Shown: positions 62,548 through 64,000 of the stretch, piece by piece
Numbering within the stretch: the first letter of the stretch is position 1
Layout of the letters: every line of letters starts with the position of its first letter
Virus record (IMG/VR): IMGVR_UViG_3300044846_002555
Coordinates: 32,001-96,000 of that record
From: a virus
Length of the DNA: 64,000 nucleotides
Strand: one strand, 5' to 3'
Program-made: the position numbers and the translations under genes
The notes under the pieces: generated by a model
What the model saw: the letters and a program-made list of their open reading frames with translations, nothing else
Database searches by the model: none
What the model was told of the DNA's origin: nothing

Positions 62548-63447
62548 ATGTCAGATGATGCGGAAATTTTATTAGAAATACTACACGATATTCTTGGAGA
62601 TGAAAAACTCCACTATGAATCAAAAGGTCAAATATCTTTTGACTGTCCGATATGCGATGAAGACCAACATAAAGGAAACCTCGAGGTAAATTACTTTGAA
62701 CACGTATATAAGTGTTGGAGTTGTGGTGATGAGAATAACACAAAAGGCCCTCTTGGTAAACTTATAGATAACTTTGGAGACAAGAAACAAAAGAAAATAT
62801 ATAACTTACTTCAACCTGAAAACCATAAACCAAAAGAGAAACGTAAGGATTATTTAAAGTTACCGACAGGATTTACATTATTTAAAGATAGTAGTTTGGT
62901 TTATCCGGTTCGTCGTCAAGCTTACAATTACCTTAAACAACGTGGTATTACTGATGAGATTATTGAGAAGTATGGTATTGGGTTCTGTGATACGGGAGCA
63001 TTCTCGGGTAGAATTATTATACCGTCTTATGATAATAAGGGTGTTTTAAATTATTTTATTGCAAGAAGTTGGGACCCAAACTCAAGGGCAAAATATAAAA
63101 ATCCTGAAGCGTCCAAAGATGAGATAATATTTTTTGAGAACACAATAAATTGGAATGAAGATATCCATCTTTGTGAAGGTGCGTTTGATGCTATATTCCT
63201 ACCTAATAGTATTGCTATGTTAGGGAAACATATGTCCGAGTTATTACTTAACACGTTGTATGAGAAAGCTAATGGTAATATAATTATATGTCTCGATTCA
63301 GATGCTTGGGCAGATGCTGTTAAGTTATACCACAATTTAAATGGTGGTAGATTATATGGTAAGGTTAAAATAATAAAATTAACGGGTGATGCTGATGTTG
63401 CCGATTTAAGGGGTAACATCAGTGATTACTATTATAAAATGAAATAG
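62548..63447 (+). CDS. dnaG: DNA primase (DnaG-like, zinc finger plus TOPRIM)
   Basis: CPIC..CWSC zinc finger, YLKQRGI, GRIIIP, KYKNP, CEGAFD and CLDSD. The start is reassigned to ATG 62548, downstream of the promoter. Confidence 0.9.
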   Translation: MSDDAEILLEILHDILGDEKLHYESKGQISFDCPICDEDQHKGNLEVNYFEHVYKCWSCGDENNTKGPLGKLIDNFGDKKQKKIYNLLQPENHKPKEKRKDYLKLPTGFTLFKDSSLVYPVRRQAYNYLKQRGITDEIIEKYGIGFCDTGAFSGRIIIPSYDNKGVLNYFIARSWDPNSRAKYKNPEASKDEIIFFENTINWNEDIHLCEGAFDAIFLPNSIAMLGKHMSELLLNTLYEKANGNIIICLDSDAWADAVKLYHNLNGGRLYGKVKIIKLTGDADVADLRGNISDYYYKMK

Positions 63448-64000
63448 ATGATTGATTTAAATGAAGTTGCAAAAGAAATAAGAGGGTTATTAGATAAACG
63501 AAGAGAAGAACTTGAACTAACATTCGTTGAGGACACCCACACTTATTATATGAAGGATGAGACCGGAGTTATTAGAAGTGATTATCCATCAGTTAGTAAG
63601 GTAATGAAATACTTCTATGAAGAGTTTGATACTGAAGGGATATCATTCAAGAAAGCCAAAGGTGACGTGTTTGTCCAACAACAATTATTAGATGAGTGGA
63701 AAGCTGCTGGGGATTATTCAACTAATATGGGTAGTAGGGTTCACTATATGTTAGAGAAGAAAACCATTGAAATGTTTGGAAATTACAAAGAAGTAAGACA
63801 ACCAATATTTGAATGTGACTTCACCCAAATATTAAAAGGTGATAGTATGATATCTGCCGGAACAGCATACTTAAACCTTATGATTGAGAGAGGTGCGGTG
63901 TTATTAGATACTGAGATTGTATTGGGTGACCCTGAATTAAAATATACCGGGCAACCCGATAAGGTATGGTTGATAATGAATAAGGAACAAACCGAGTTTG
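63448..64000 (+). CDS. PD-(D/E)XK exonuclease-like protein, 3'-truncated by the window (not in ORF track)
   Basis: ATG directly after the primase stop. The frame is open to the window end and reads ..FVEDTHTYY..YPSVSKV..EW..GSRVH..LE..TEIVL..YTGQPD. Confidence 0.75.
   Translation, partial: MIDLNEVAKEIRGLLDKRREELELTFVEDTHTYYMKDETGVIRSDYPSVSKVMKYFYEEFDTEGISFKKAKGDVFVQQQLLDEWKAAGDYSTNMGSRVHYMLEKKTIEMFGNYKEVRQPIFECDFTQILKGDSMISAGTAYLNLMIERGAVLLDTEIVLGDPELKYTGQPDKVWLIMNKEQTEF

Noticed and set aside
4679-63419. Short overlapping or antisense ORFs in the track (e.g. 4679, 8688, 9720, 25143, 54002, 57370, 62197, 63051)
   Set aside because: They lie within well-supported genes, lack motifs, and are explained as shadow frames, especially in the Gly-rich repeat gene.
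1-64000. Stop-codon reassignment as seen in some large phages
   Set aside because: Genes are long and intact in the standard code, and TAG ends recA, gp6, the glycosyltransferase and primase at sensible positions.
1-64000. tRNA, rRNA or transposase genes
   Set aside because: No cloverleaf, rRNA-like segment or transposase motif was seen. Intergenic gaps are short and AT-rich.

Overview
This AT-rich, gene-dense 64 kb window comes from a large contractile-tailed (myovirus-type) phage. The host is probably a Bacteroidota member: leaders are A-rich without Shine-Dalgarno sites, a TAnnTTTG promoter element is present, several proteins carry SprB-like repeats, and the class Ia RNR is of the eukaryote/Bacteroidota-like type. 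The plus strand (1-47601) carries tail sheath, a HAD-like gene, tail tube, a tail chaperone with an overlapping +1-frame partner, a probable tape measure and baseplate hub genes. A replication block follows (gp32-like SSB, RecA/UvsX, 5'-3' exonuclease, DnaB, NrdB, NrdA), then baseplate wedge and accessory virion genes. The minus strand (47637-62462) carries RuvC, tail-collar/fibre-like and SprB-repeat genes, a glycosyltransferase, a 1723-aa Gly/Cys-rich repeat fibre and Pro/Thr-rich proteins. Primase and a truncated PD-(D/E)XK nuclease end the window. The best candidate for a new system is phage-encoded virion protein O-glycosylation. A GT95/GT96-like (plant HPAT/SGT1-like) peptidyl glycosyltransferase sits among structural genes that carry mucin-like PT/Thr tracts and a recurring [S/T]-G-x-T motif. 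Other signals are a probable +1 frameshift at TTT_CGG, a strand-oriented TATTTAT leader motif, apparent GATC avoidance and a CCGG-up/CCAG-down bias. All family calls are from motif recognition by eye; no searches were run.
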